The translations under genes and the position numbers were made by a program. DNA of 64,000 nt from an uncultured Acidobacteriota bacterium (lineage in GTDB: Bacteria; Acidobacteriota; UBA6911; RPQK01; JAPXNP01). Location of the stretch: assembly GCA_963777605.1 (NCBI GenBank), contig CAVZRV010000015.1, positions 64,001 to 128,000 on the forward strand, in the 5' to 3' direction. The notes beneath the pieces were generated by a model. That model did not search any database, was not told where the DNA came from, and saw nothing but the letters and a program-made list of their open reading frames with translations. Below, in pieces: positions 1-10,309 of the stretch. The first letter of the stretch is position 1. Each line of letters opens with the position of its first letter.

Positions 1-361
1 GACAGCGCGATTCAATCCCACAGTTCCCGCGCGGCAAACGCCCGGTCGCAGGACGTGAACACACCGCAAAGACGAGCCTCAATGAGTGCGACATGATTGC
101 AATCTTCCCATTCAAATTGCGCTTTCAGCGCCGCTTCTGGATTCGATTGACCCGATCCCCGAGTAGGGCGCTTTCATGATCTCGGTAAATACCGCGGAGG
201 CATCCTGAGCCCGCTCCCGTTCCCCGTTCGCTTTCTTGATCCGGAAAGTTGCGCGCCGAATCGACGGGGAATTGCGCGATGCAGAACGAGGTCACAACCA
301 GATCCGACTGCTCGACCCGGAAAGAAGTAAGATCGAGATAACCCTGGAAGGAGATTCCTGT

Positions 362-1170
362 ATGAAGACGTCCCTTCGATTGATGGCAATACTGGCTCAC
401 CCCGACGATGAGTCGCTCGGAATCGGCGGAACCCTGGCTCGATATGCGGATGAAGGGGTCGAGACCTACCTGGTCTGTGCTACGAGGGGCGAACGAGGAA
501 GGCATGGATCGGATTCGGCCCATCCCGGAATTGAGGCAGTGGGAAAGATGAGAGAGGCGGAACTTCGGCAGGCTGCCAGCGTGCTCGGAATTCGTCATGT
601 CGACCTTTCTCGACTACATCGACAAGGACCTGGACCAAGCCGATCCCACTGAGGCGACAATCGAGGATTGTCCGGGAGATCCGGCTCAGACGCCCCCAGG
701 TTGTTGTGACGTTTGGACCCGACGGAGCTTACGGACATCCGGATCATATCGCCATAAGCCAGTTCGCCACAGCGGCCGTATCCGCCGCTGCCTCTTCCAC
801 TTTCAGCCCCGGAGGCCTTCTCCCTCATTCCGTTTCAAAGCTCTATTTCATGGCCTGGCCTGAAGGAAAATGGCGCGCCTATCAGAGTGCGTTCAAGACA
901 CTGTCAATTACGGTCGATGGACAGGAGCGACGGGCGGTTCCGTGGACCGATTGGTCGCTGACGACAAGAATCGACACCGAAGCTTACTGGCCGACAGTCT
1001 GGAGTGCGATCTCCTGCCACAAGACCCAGATGGCGATATACGAAAGTCTCGAGAGTCTTTCCCCCGAGCACCACAAGGCGTTATGGGGAGCCCAGGAATT
1101 TTACCGGGTGTTCAGCCTGGCCAACGGCGGCAGAAAGAACGAAACCGATCTATTCGAGGGAATTCGGGAT
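362..1170 (+). CDS. PIG-L/LmbE family deacetylase (MshB/BshB-like), interrupted by two +1 frameshifts (~605, ~660); reads on in frame into the downstream decarboxylase
   Basis: SD GGAAGGAG precedes ATG at 362. Motifs AHPDDE, ATRGE, FLDYIDKDLD (frame of ORF 597), RPQVVVTFGPDGAYGHPDH, SCHKTQ and ETDLFEG are spread over three frames. Confidence 0.85.
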
Positions 1171-1263
1171 GGAACACTTCAAGTAGCCAGCCAGGCATTG
1201 GTGCTCTCCCCTCCAGGCGGGACCCGACATTCGGACTCCAGCCCCGAGCGAGAGTCGAACACA

Positions 1264-2771
1264 GTGACCAGAAAGGCCATCCTCGACATGCCGGCAAACC
1301 AGTTCCGGACTCTCGGGCATGACCTCGTGGAGCGGATCGGGGATTTCCTGGATGGCATTCGCAGCCGGAAAGTCACCAACGCCACAACTAACCGGGAGCT
1401 TCGCGAGGTCCTCGAGAAGTTGGGACCGTTACCGGACGAACCCTCCGAAACCGCGGGCATTCTCGCGGAAGTCGCCGAGCAACTGTTCCGCCATTCCCTG
1501 CACAACGGGCATCCAAGATTCTGGGGTTATATCACCTCGTCGGCGGCTCCGATCGGAATGCTCGCCGACCTGCTGGCGGCTTCCGTCAACGCAAATGTCG
1601 GAGCGGCGGCGCTCTCTCCCCTCGCAACCCAGATCGAGGCTGATACGATCCGCTGGATAGCCCAGATTCTGGGATATCCGGACGACTGCGGTGGAATTCT
1701 CGTCAGCGGGGGGAACATGGCCAACCTCGTCTGCCTCCTGGTGGCAAGAGGAGCGAAGCTCGGTTCCAAAGTCCGTTCGCTGGGAGTCGGGCACGCAACC
1801 CAGGGGCGGCCTCGAATCTATGCATCATCCGCAACTCACACCTGGATCGAGAAAGGAGCCGACATCGCCGGCCTGGGTACGGAGTCGATCTGCTGGATAC
1901 CGGCGGACCGAAATCAGCGTATCGATGTCGCCGAACTGGAGCGTCAAATCCAGCGTGACCTGGAATGTGGGAACTCCCCTTTCTCGTAGTCGGGTCCGCC
2001 GGCACGGTCGGTACCGGCGCCGTTGATCCGCTCTCTGAACTTTCGGCAGTCTGTCGAAAACACGGACTCTGGTTTCACATCGACGGAGCCTACGGAGCGC
2101 CGGCTGCCCTGGTCCCGGAACTCTATCCAGAACTGGGCGCCCTCGACGAGGCCGATTCGCTCGCCGTCGATCCCCACAAATGGCTCTATGCACCGCTCGA
2201 AGCCGGCTGTGCCCTGGTGCGGGACCGCACCCTGCTCCGCGCCACCTTCTCCTACCATCCCGATTACTACCACTTCGACGAAGAATCCCTGAACTACTTT
2301 GACCTGGGGCCGCAGAACTCGCGGGGATTTCGTGCTCTCAAGATCTGGCTGGCCATGAAACAGGCCGGACGGAGTGGATACCGGGAGATGATCCAAACCG
2401 ATATCGACCTGGCAGAGCGACTTTCCAAACGACTGTCCGCCACGCCCGAATTCCGTGACATCCGACAAGGTCTGAGCATCGTCACCTTTCGATACGTTCC
2501 GCTCGATCTCCAGTCAAAGCCAGCCGATGAGACCCTCGAGTACCTCAACCGCCTGAATCAGGCGATCCTTGAGCAACTCGAATGTGGGGGCGAGTACTTC
2601 CTGTCGAAGGCCGTCGTCGATGGTCGCTTCCTGCTTCGGGCCTGCATTGTGAACTTCAGGACCGACTCAATCGATGTGGATTCCCTGCCTGGGTACCCGC
2701 TCCGGCTGAGTGAAAAGCTTGACCGGGAGATGCGAGGTGACACAATGAAGCCGGTTCAGCCCGGGGCTTGA
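1264..2771 (+). CDS. Group II PLP-dependent decarboxylase (aromatic-L-amino-acid/glutamate decarboxylase family), -1 frameshift at ~1969-1971
   Basis: Motifs HPRFWGYI, SGGNMAN, AGTVGTGAVDPL, WFHIDGAYG and DPHKWLY (PLP lysine). Adding one G to the GGG run joins ORFs 706..1989 and 1965..2771. The start is uncertain because the gene may be fused to PIG-L. Confidence 0.85.
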
Positions 2772-2844
2772 TCCGGGGCGTAGACGGGTCGTTCTGCGGT
2801 GGCTTCGATTCCGCGGGCAACTCTCGAAGATCGGAGGTGAATCC

Positions 2845-4041
2845 ATGCGACGTTCGGAAAGCATCACCCGACGTGAAGCCCTCAAACGGTCGTCGCTCCT
2901 GCTTGTCACTCCCATTCGACTCGGCGGCAGACCCTCGCCAGAAACCGCCGGTTCATGGGAACCGTCGTCGAGTCGTAAAGTCAGGATCGCGGTTGTCGGG
3001 GGAGGCTTCGGGAGCGGCTTCCAGTGGCATCAGCACCCAAATTCCGTCGTAACGTCCGTCAGCGATCTCCGGCCTGACCGGAGGGAGGGGCTCCGGGAAC
3101 GCTACCAATGCGAGACCGCCTACGACTCTCTGGAAGAACTTTTGAAACGGGCACGCGACGTGGACGCAGTAGCCATATTCACGGAAGCCCCCAATCACGT
3201 CCGTCACGTCACCGCGTGCCTGGAACGGGGCCTGGACGTGATCTCCGCCGTTCCCGCGTGTGTGACGCTGGAGGAAGCCGAGCAACTCTCCGAGGCGGTT
3301 CGTCGGACCGGGCAAACCTACATGATGGCGGAGACGAGCTACTTCCGACACTACTGCATCGCCGCCAGAGAACTGTTTCAACAGGGGAAATTCGGGGAAC
3401 TCTTCTACAGCGAAGTGGAGTACTACCATCCGGGAATTGGAAATCCCCAGTCCCCGCTCTCCTACTTCAACGGAGAGCGGACCTGGCGTTTCGGGTATCC
3501 ACCAATGCTGTACGCCACTCATTCGACTGGACTGCTGGTCGGGGTCACCAACGAGTGCTTCACCGAAGTCTCCTGCCTGGGTTGGGGAAACCCATCCAAC
3601 TCCGCCCTCGGAGACAACGCCTATCAGAACCCCTTCAGTTCAGCCAGCGCGCTCCTGAAAACCGATGCCGGGCACCAGTGCAGGTGCAACGTCTTCTGGG
3701 ACGGCCAGGCTGAAGGTGAGCGAGCCCAGTGGTTTGGGACGAACCTTACTTTTTACATGCCTGGGTCTGGCGGGCAACTGTTTCGACTTCAGGGCGAGGG
3801 GGCGCCGGGCTGGCAGGAAATTCCGGACTACTGGGGAAGAATCCCCTCCAGCCTGGAACGCAACCCGGGACACGGGGGATCCCACCCGTTTCTCACCCAC
3901 GAGTTCATCTCGGCACTGGTCGAGGAACGCCCGCCCGTCGTCGGCCTGCGCGAAGCACTGACCATGACCGTTCCGGGGATCGTCGCCCACCAGTCGGCCC
4001 TGGACGGGGGAACCCGGATGAAGATCCCCACTTTTACCTGA
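2845..4041 (+). CDS. Gfo/Idh/MocA family NAD(P)-dependent oxidoreductase with twin-arginine (Tat) signal
   Basis: TRREALK Tat motif; Rossmann-like IAVVGGGFG; DVDAVAIFT, GGSHPFL and THEF motifs; SD GGAGG. Confidence 0.85.
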   Translation: MRRSESITRREALKRSSLLLVTPIRLGGRPSPETAGSWEPSSSRKVRIAVVGGGFGSGFQWHQHPNSVVTSVSDLRPDRREGLRERYQCETAYDSLEELLKRARDVDAVAIFTEAPNHVRHVTACLERGLDVISAVPACVTLEEAEQLSEAVRRTGQTYMMAETSYFRHYCIAARELFQQGKFGELFYSEVEYYHPGIGNPQSPLSYFNGERTWRFGYPPMLYATHSTGLLVGVTNECFTEVSCLGWGNPSNSALGDNAYQNPFSSASALLKTDAGHQCRCNVFWDGQAEGERAQWFGTNLTFYMPGSGGQLFRLQGEGAPGWQEIPDYWGRIPSSLERNPGHGGSHPFLTHEFISALVEERPPVVGLREALTMTVPGIVAHQSALDGGTRMKIPTFT

Positions 4042-4059
4042 AGCACGGGTCAGGACCGG

Positions 4060-4887
4060 CTACAGCTGAGACATCGCCGTCTCGACGTCGGCGCCCTCGT
4101 GAATCAAGGCGCGAATCGCCCGGGCCATCCCAAGCACGTTGGGGTGCTGGAAGATGTTCCGCCCGTAGACTACTCCAGCAGCACCGGCCTCCAACATCTG
4201 GTGAGTGCGCGAGAGGATCTCCCGATCAGAAACTTTCCCTCCGCCCCGAGGAAGAAGTGGAGTGCCCTTGGTCACCCGGACCAGCTCTCCGTACTCCTCC
4301 ACGCGATCCGTCGGGTCAGCCTTGATGATGTCAACACCCAGTTCAACCGCCTGCCGATGGAGAGCAACGACCGTCTCAAAATCGCTGACTACCTGATACC
4401 CTCCCGTTGAGGGGTCGGGCTCGAGAACCAGGGGTTCGGCAACCAGAGGCATTCCGTAGCGTTCACACTGTGCCTTCATCAACCGGATATTCCGGATGCA
4501 CTGGTGGTAAACAGCCGGCTGGTCCGGGATGTAAAACATGTTAAGCAGGAGAGCGGCCGCATCCAGACGGAGGGCCTGCTCGAGGCCTTCATCGAGCAAT
4601 TCAGAGAACCCAACGGAAGGCTTGCTGAGATCATAGACGTTGGCCACGTCGCCCCGCATCATGAGAGCGGGCTTGCGACCGTTGCGCTCGATCTGGAGGT
4701 GCCGCGCCTGACCCGGGCTGAGCAGAATTGCATCGACTTCAGCCCGAATCGCCAGATCGATCACCTGTTCGATGTCTTCGACCCCCGACAGGAGCGCATA
4801 GCCGTTAAAGAGAGCATGGTCCGACGCCAGTTGAAAACATTTTCCGTCCGCCGCAAACAGACGATTCATGCGAGCCGTTACAGACAT
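4060..4887 (-). CDS. Class I aldolase, DhnA/LsrF family
   Basis: ASDHALF, AVELGVDIIK (Schiff-base Lys), RGGGK and GVVYGRNIFQ motifs; SD GGAGG. Confidence 0.85.
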   Translation of the reverse strand: MSVTARMNRLFAADGKCFQLASDHALFNGYALLSGVEDIEQVIDLAIRAEVDAILLSPGQARHLQIERNGRKPALMMRGDVANVYDLSKPSVGFSELLDEGLEQALRLDAAALLLNMFYIPDQPAVYHQCIRNIRLMKAQCERYGMPLVAEPLVLEPDPSTGGYQVVSDFETVVALHRQAVELGVDIIKADPTDRVEEYGELVRVTKGTPLLPRGGGKVSDREILSRTHQMLEAGAAGVVYGRNIFQHPNVLGMARAIRALIHEGADVETAMSQL

Positions 4888-5025
4888 TTGGAACCTCCCA
4901 CAGGATCTTCAAGATCCGAGCTTGAGCACTTTCAGAATCAGCCGTCTTGGAAAAGGTAGTATAGCAGGGGCCCGACAGGCTTCCGAACCTCGACCATCTT
5001 CCCATATGGTTTAGAATCAGTGGCT

Positions 5026-6573
5026 ATGGATCGGAAATGGGGTTATCCACTGATTGGGACTGTACTGCTCGTCGTCCTCGCATCCTGTTCCTCGCAGGAA
5101 CCGGCAGTTCACCGGGCAGCAAAACCGAACATCGTCTACATCCTCGCCGACGATCTCGGCTACGGCGAACTCGGCTGCTACGGCCAACGGCGGATTGAGA
5201 CCCCACACATCGATTCACTGGCCCAGCAAGGGCTCCGGTTCACCCAGCACTACGCCGGGGCCCCGGTTTGTGCTCCGTCACGATGCAGCCTTCTCACCGG
5301 TCTGGACATGGGTCATGCATACATCCGGGGCAATGACGAGTGGAAGGAGCGAGGAGAGGTCTGGGATTACGCGGCTGCCGCCGAGGACCCCAACCTCGAG
5401 GGCCAGAGGCCCATCCCGGCCGGAACCGATACCGTCGCCAGGCGGCTGCAGGGCGGTGGCTACCAGACTGGAATCGTCGGCAAGTGGGGACTGGGCGCTC
5501 CCTTGACAGAGGGTATTCCCACAAAGCAGGGCTTCGATTTCTTCTTCGGATTCAACTGCCAGCGTCAGGCTCACAACTATTATCCTAAGTTCCTCTGGAA
5601 GAACGAAGAAAAGGTTTGGCTCGACAACGACCTGGTTGTTCCGGGAACAAAGCTCGACGAAAGGGCGGACCCTCTGGATCAGGCGTCATATAAGAGGTTT
5701 ACTCAGAAGCAGTACGCCCCTGAACTCATGCTGGAACAGGCACTGCAGTTCATCGAAGACAACAAGGACCGGCCGTTCTTCCTCTATTTTGCCTCCCCTC
5801 TGCCCCACACACCCTTGCAGGCACCGAAACGCTGGGTGGATCACTATGTCGAGAAACTGGGAGACGAAGCCCCGTACCTGGCCGACAAAGGCTACTTTCC
5901 CAACCGATATCCTCACGCAACTTACGCGGCGATGATTTCCTATCTCGATGAGCAGGTGGGAGCGATACTGGACACACTCGACCGCCTCGGCCTTTCCGAC
6001 GATACCCTGGTGATCTTCTCCAGCGACAACGGCCCCACCTACGCCGGGGGCGTCGATCCCGAGTACTTCCGCAGCGCCGGACCGTTCAAGAGTGGCTATG
6101 GCTGGGCAAAAGGTTTTGTCTATGAAGGCGGCATCCGAGTTCCGATGATCGCCCGCTGGCCGGGCCGGATTGCCGAGGGAACGCAAACCGACATCATTTC
6201 CGCCTTCTACGATGTCATGCCGACGCTATGTGAGATCGGCGGGCTCGAGGCACCGGCTCAAACCGACGGAATCAGCTTTGCGCCGACTCTGCTGAATCAG
6301 GGAGACCAGTCGGAACATCACTACCTCTACTGGGAGTTCCCCAGCTACGGCGGCCAGCAGGCCGTCAGGATGGGAAAGTGGAAAGGGGTCCGGAAGGGAA
6401 TCTTCGACGGAAACATGGAGATTGAGCTCTACGATCTCAGCCGGGACCCAGTCGAGGAGATCAACGTTGCAGCCGACTATCCGGACGTAGTGGCGGAGAT
6501 TCAGGGGATCATGAAACGGGAACACACCCGGTCGCTGCTCCCCACATTCGAATTTCCACAACTCGGTGACTGA
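5026..6573 (+). CDS. Arylsulfatase (formylglycine-dependent S1 family), probable lipoprotein
   Basis: PNIVYILADDLG, CAPSR, GKWGLG, SDNG and YEGGIRVP motifs; lipobox LASC. Confidence 0.92.
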   Translation: MDRKWGYPLIGTVLLVVLASCSSQEPAVHRAAKPNIVYILADDLGYGELGCYGQRRIETPHIDSLAQQGLRFTQHYAGAPVCAPSRCSLLTGLDMGHAYIRGNDEWKERGEVWDYAAAAEDPNLEGQRPIPAGTDTVARRLQGGGYQTGIVGKWGLGAPLTEGIPTKQGFDFFFGFNCQRQAHNYYPKFLWKNEEKVWLDNDLVVPGTKLDERADPLDQASYKRFTQKQYAPELMLEQALQFIEDNKDRPFFLYFASPLPHTPLQAPKRWVDHYVEKLGDEAPYLADKGYFPNRYPHATYAAMISYLDEQVGAILDTLDRLGLSDDTLVIFSSDNGPTYAGGVDPEYFRSAGPFKSGYGWAKGFVYEGGIRVPMIARWPGRIAEGTQTDIISAFYDVMPTLCEIGGLEAPAQTDGISFAPTLLNQGDQSEHHYLYWEFPSYGGQQAVRMGKWKGVRKGIFDGNMEIELYDLSRDPVEEINVAADYPDVVAEIQGIMKREHTRSLLPTFEFPQLGD

Positions 6574-6632
6574 TCGCCTGCCGGCTTTCAAGTCAGCTTG
6601 AACTGGTTTTCGGGGTGTGGTTGATTGCAGCA

Positions 6633-7037
6633 ATGCCATCCGCCATCGTGGTGACAGCAGCAATCATCGTCCGAAAAGGCAAGCTTCTGATTGCCCAGCG
6701 CCCAAACGGCGACTGGGAATTTCCCGGGGGCAAATTGGAACCCGGCGAGACCCTCCAACAGTGTCTGGCCCGGGAGATACTGGAAGAACTTGAGCTGCGG
6801 ATCACTGTCGGCAAGCCGTTCCTGGTTGTCGAACACGCGTATCCAACCAGGCGGATTAGGCTCCACTCGTATCTATGCACCTTCGTCGGCGGGGAAACGG
6901 TCACCAACGACCACGTTCGGGTCGCCTGGGTGGACCCCGGTCGCCTTTCGGAGTTCTCGTTCGCGGCGGCCGATGAACCGATCGTTCGGAAACTGCTCGA
7001 TACCTGCATCGAGGTACTGACCACTCGGGAGTGTTAA
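6633..7037 (+). CDS. NUDIX hydrolase, MutT/NudG-like
   Basis: Nudix box WEFPGGKLEPGETLQQCLAREILEEL; C-terminal FAAADEP. Confidence 0.9.
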   Translation: MPSAIVVTAAIIVRKGKLLIAQRPNGDWEFPGGKLEPGETLQQCLAREILEELELRITVGKPFLVVEHAYPTRRIRLHSYLCTFVGGETVTNDHVRVAWVDPGRLSEFSFAAADEPIVRKLLDTCIEVLTTREC

Positions 7038-7213
7038 CCCGCATTTCTCATCGCCTGGAAGGCAGAATCGTGCCCTTCGGACGCACGCGATCGGAGAAGA
7101 AACTGCTCTTCCCGGGGCTGCTATCGGGAACTTCGCAAACCCGCCCATGCTATGATTCCTCCCGGCGGGAAACCGGCTCCGTCGAGTCGCTTCCCTGTTG
7201 CCGAACGGATGAC

Positions 7214-9031
7214 ATGCTGCTAATTGGAAGCCTTCTTGCCCTGGTTGTTGGCCCGTTCGTGTACAGCGTCGTCCGCAAGCGGGACGCGATGCTGTCGCTG
7301 CTCGACGGGTTCATCTTTATCTCCATTACCGGGATGGTGCTCCTATTCATCCTGCCGGACAGTTTCGAAAATGGAGGCTGGTACATTCTCCCGGTGGCAG
7401 TGGCCGGACTCTTCGGTCCAACAGCGCTTGAAGGAGTCTCCCGAAACGCCGCCAAGAAGACTCACATCGCCGCTCTGATCCTCGGCCTTGCCGGGATTGG
7501 CCTTCACGCACTGATCGACGGCACTGCCCTCTCGGCGGGTGCATCGACCGGGAGTGGCGTCTTGCCCCTCGCAGTCGTCTTGCACCGCCTCCCGGTCGGA
7601 CTGACGATCTGGTGGTTGCTGACCCCGAGCTTCGGCCGGAAGGCGGCGGCCGGGGTCCTCGCACTGATCGGGATTGCGACCGTCACCGGCTTCGCCTTTG
7701 GCCCCCTACTGATCGAACGCCTCTCCAGCCACGGCATTGCGCTCTTCCAGGCACTGGTCGCGGGCACTCTGCTCCACGTGGTCTTTCACCAACCCCACCT
7801 GGCAGATTCCAGCTGTGGCTGCAAGGCCGTCTCCAGTGCCCAAAGTGGCTTGAACGAGGGCCTTGGCGCTATTCTCGGCATCGGTCTGATCACCATCCTC
7901 CTGTTGGGATCGGGACACACCCATGGTGCCGGCCACCATGCCGGCCCAGACCTCGTCCACGAAGGTTTGCACACGGTCTGGGTTCTGGCATTGGAAAGCG
8001 CGCCCGCCCTTCTCCTGGCCTACCTGATGGCTGGTCTCCTCCATGCTTTTCTGCCCTACTCGTCGATTCGCTGGCTTCGAAAGGGCTCCGCTCCCTCTCA
8101 GGCCCTCAAGGGGATGGCTGTGGGGTTGCCATTTCCGGTCTGCTCCTGTGGCGTCGTGCCCCTCTACCAGAGCCTGATCCGCAAGGGGGCACCTGCGACG
8201 GCCGGGATGGCGTTCCTGATCGCGACTCCGGAACTCGGCCTTGATGCCGTATTTCTCTCAGTCCCGCTTCTCGGCACCGGGATGACGGTGGTTCGCGTGG
8301 TCGCGGCCGCCTTGGTCGCCATCTGCGTCGGCTGGCTGGTCGGTTCATTCACGGATCGTAGCCGCGGCAAGGCAAGTTCTGGAGCAGAGGATGCTCACCT
8401 GGAGTCTCCTCCGTCCACAAACCAGCCTTTTTCTGTCCGGCTACGTTCGGCCCTGCATGTCGGCCTGGTGGAAGTCTTCGATCACACGGCACCCTGGATC
8501 CTCCTCGGCATGGGCATCGCGGCCCTGATCCAACCGGTCCTATCCGGGCAGTCATTGACCCGGATAGGGGCACTTTGGCAGGTTCCGCTTTTCACGCTCC
8601 TCGGCCTCCCCGCATACGTCTGCGCGTCGGGTGCGACTCCACTCGTCGCAGTCCTCCTGGCCGGAGGGCTTTCCCCCGGCGCCGCGCTCGCCTTCCTTCT
8701 GGCCGGGCCTGCAACCAACTCCACCACGTTCGGGATCCTGGCCAATCTTCACGGCCGGCGGGTTGCTGCCGTCTTCAGCGTCACCATCATCGCGCTCTGC
8801 GTGGTGCTTGGCTACCTGGTCAACTGGAGGTTTCCGACCATTGGAGGCAACGCTCTCGACCTGGCCACTGACCAAAGCGGATCGGCACTTCAAGTGCTCT
8901 GCCTGATACTGCTCTCCGGAATCTGCCTCTACTCGATCCTCCGCAGGGGAGCGAGGAGGTTCGTAGCAGAGCTCTTCTACAAAGGCCAGCGCGCTCTCGA
9001 CCTCCACCCGCACTACCACCAGGAATCCTGA
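7214..9031 (+). CDS. Predicted heavy-metal permease: ZIP-like N-terminal membrane domain plus DUF318/ArsP-type permease
   Basis: ZIP-like LHALIDG and VLHRLPVG; His-rich linker HTHGAGHH; DUF318 motifs PVCSCGVVP, FLIATPELG, YVCASGATP and GPATN. Extended -10-like TGCTATGAT lies upstream. Confidence 0.8.
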   Translation: MLLIGSLLALVVGPFVYSVVRKRDAMLSLLDGFIFISITGMVLLFILPDSFENGGWYILPVAVAGLFGPTALEGVSRNAAKKTHIAALILGLAGIGLHALIDGTALSAGASTGSGVLPLAVVLHRLPVGLTIWWLLTPSFGRKAAAGVLALIGIATVTGFAFGPLLIERLSSHGIALFQALVAGTLLHVVFHQPHLADSSCGCKAVSSAQSGLNEGLGAILGIGLITILLLGSGHTHGAGHHAGPDLVHEGLHTVWVLALESAPALLLAYLMAGLLHAFLPYSSIRWLRKGSAPSQALKGMAVGLPFPVCSCGVVPLYQSLIRKGAPATAGMAFLIATPELGLDAVFLSVPLLGTGMTVVRVVAAALVAICVGWLVGSFTDRSRGKASSGAEDAHLESPPSTNQPFSVRLRSALHVGLVEVFDHTAPWILLGMGIAALIQPVLSGQSLTRIGALWQVPLFTLLGLPAYVCASGATPLVAVLLAGGLSPGAALAFLLAGPATNSTTFGILANLHGRRVAAVFSVTIIALCVVLGYLVNWRFPTIGGNALDLATDQSGSALQVLCLILLSGICLYSILRRGARRFVAELFYKGQRALDLHPHYHQES

Positions 9032-9207
9032 ACCGGATGATCCTGGAAGGCCCGTCGTGCCCCCCGACTCCTCATTGCTGACAAATCTATCCACAGTGCC
9101 GACCAAACCCGTACAACACTTTCGCTGCAAACGGCGTTTATACAGAGAGAGTGCAAGAGAGCACAACGAATCGGATCGAAAGATCCCACATTGTTTAGGA
9201 GGCATTG

Positions 9208-9331
9208 ATGAAATTGACAAAAGGCATTTCACTCTTGGTTCTGGTGGCAACGGCAATTTCTGACACCTGAACAGCAGGAGAAGGCCCTGGAGTTGCTCGC
9301 TGAAGGTCATTCCAGACCTCGACGGCGCTGA
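9208..9331 (+). pseudogene. Relic of a Spy/CpxP (LTXXQ) family periplasmic protein: signal peptide joined directly to the C-terminal LTPEQ segment
   Basis: SD AGGAGG, then MKLTKGISLLVLVATAISDT* (9208-9270). The +1 frame from 9260 reads LTPEQQEKALELLAEGHSRPRRR*. Confidence 0.55.
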
Positions 9332-9387
9332 AAGAGCAGATAGGCCGGTTGTCTAGAATTACCACGACAACCGGCTCCTCGAGACCC

Positions 9388-10023
9388 TCAGTTCCTGCGC
9401 CTCCCCCTCCCACCACCTGAAGTCGCAGGACTGAGGGCATCGATCCACCACACCCTCGGTGGTCCGGGCAGGAAGCGATCCCGATCGAAGGGCAAAGCTT
9501 TTCGGTCGGGAAGCTCCTTCTCGGGCCATTGGTTTCTCCACATTGATCGCGCCAATTCGTCGGCGTAATAGCGCAAGTAGTCAAGATCCCGCCGATCTTC
9601 ATCGAGAGCGATGCAATCGATCACCACGGCCGCGTCGGGAATGGGTGGATAGGAAGGCCTGGGGAAGACCGAACGCCATACCCGCGAATAGAGTTCCCGG
9701 TCGCTCAAATGATCGGTAGAAGCAAGGTAAACCTGGAGGCAGGCCAGGCCGCCGACGACCTCCCATAGCTTGCGTCCAACTTCCGCGTCGTCAAGTTCTT
9801 CCGGACGGGGCAAGGCGATCCCGGCTTCCTTGAGGCGTTCGGAGTAGCTGGACCGAAGTGCGGATTCCAGCGCGACGACCTGGTTCCAGAAAACCCGTCT
9901 GGAGGAAGCCGGGGCACTCTCCTCCTCGAAAGGGGCCATAGCCTCCCCACCCATCTCCCGAGCCACCTCTTTCACCCGCTCGACTTCCAACTCCGTTCCC
10001 GCCCACTTTTCAGTCCTGTCCAC
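9388..10023 (-). CDS. Conserved hypothetical protein
   Basis: GTG start with SD GGAAGGAG. Blocks TDHLSDRELY, YLRYYADE and LPFDRDRFLP resemble an uncharacterised family I recall from PVC/Acidobacteria genomes. Confidence 0.7.
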   Translation of the reverse strand: MDRTEKWAGTELEVERVKEVAREMGGEAMAPFEEESAPASSRRVFWNQVVALESALRSSYSERLKEAGIALPRPEELDDAEVGRKLWEVVGGLACLQVYLASTDHLSDRELYSRVWRSVFPRPSYPPIPDAAVVIDCIALDEDRRDLDYLRYYADELARSMWRNQWPEKELPDRKALPFDRDRFLPGPPRVWWIDALSPATSGGGRGRRRN

Positions 10024-10309
10024 GATCGTCGTCTCCTTCCTCGTCGCTGTTGTCCCCGAATTCCCTCTCACTTCACAAATACGTTCGAGTCAAGAAATCG
10101 ACGAGTCTTTACGGATCGTCCGAGGACAGGCCGATAGCGAATGAAATGGGGACAGGCTGCTTCCTCGGATTCCAATACGGGCGCAAATTGTTGATTCTCT
10201 CCAATAGAGGCGGTCTTCCAATTCTCCTGTGCCGCCCGAGAACCCGTTCATGCTATTCTGACCGACCATAAGAGGGATCTACTTGATAGTTTCAGGAGGC
10301 AAGCCTGCA

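Noticed and set aside
1965-1989. Programmed ribosomal frameshift in the decarboxylase or in asnB (60807)
   Set aside because: No canonical slippery heptamer with a stimulatory structure is present. One-base indels in short runs explain both cases.
9087-9096. DnaA-box-like CTATCCACA
   Set aside because: It is a single mismatched box, with no box cluster or origin-associated genes.
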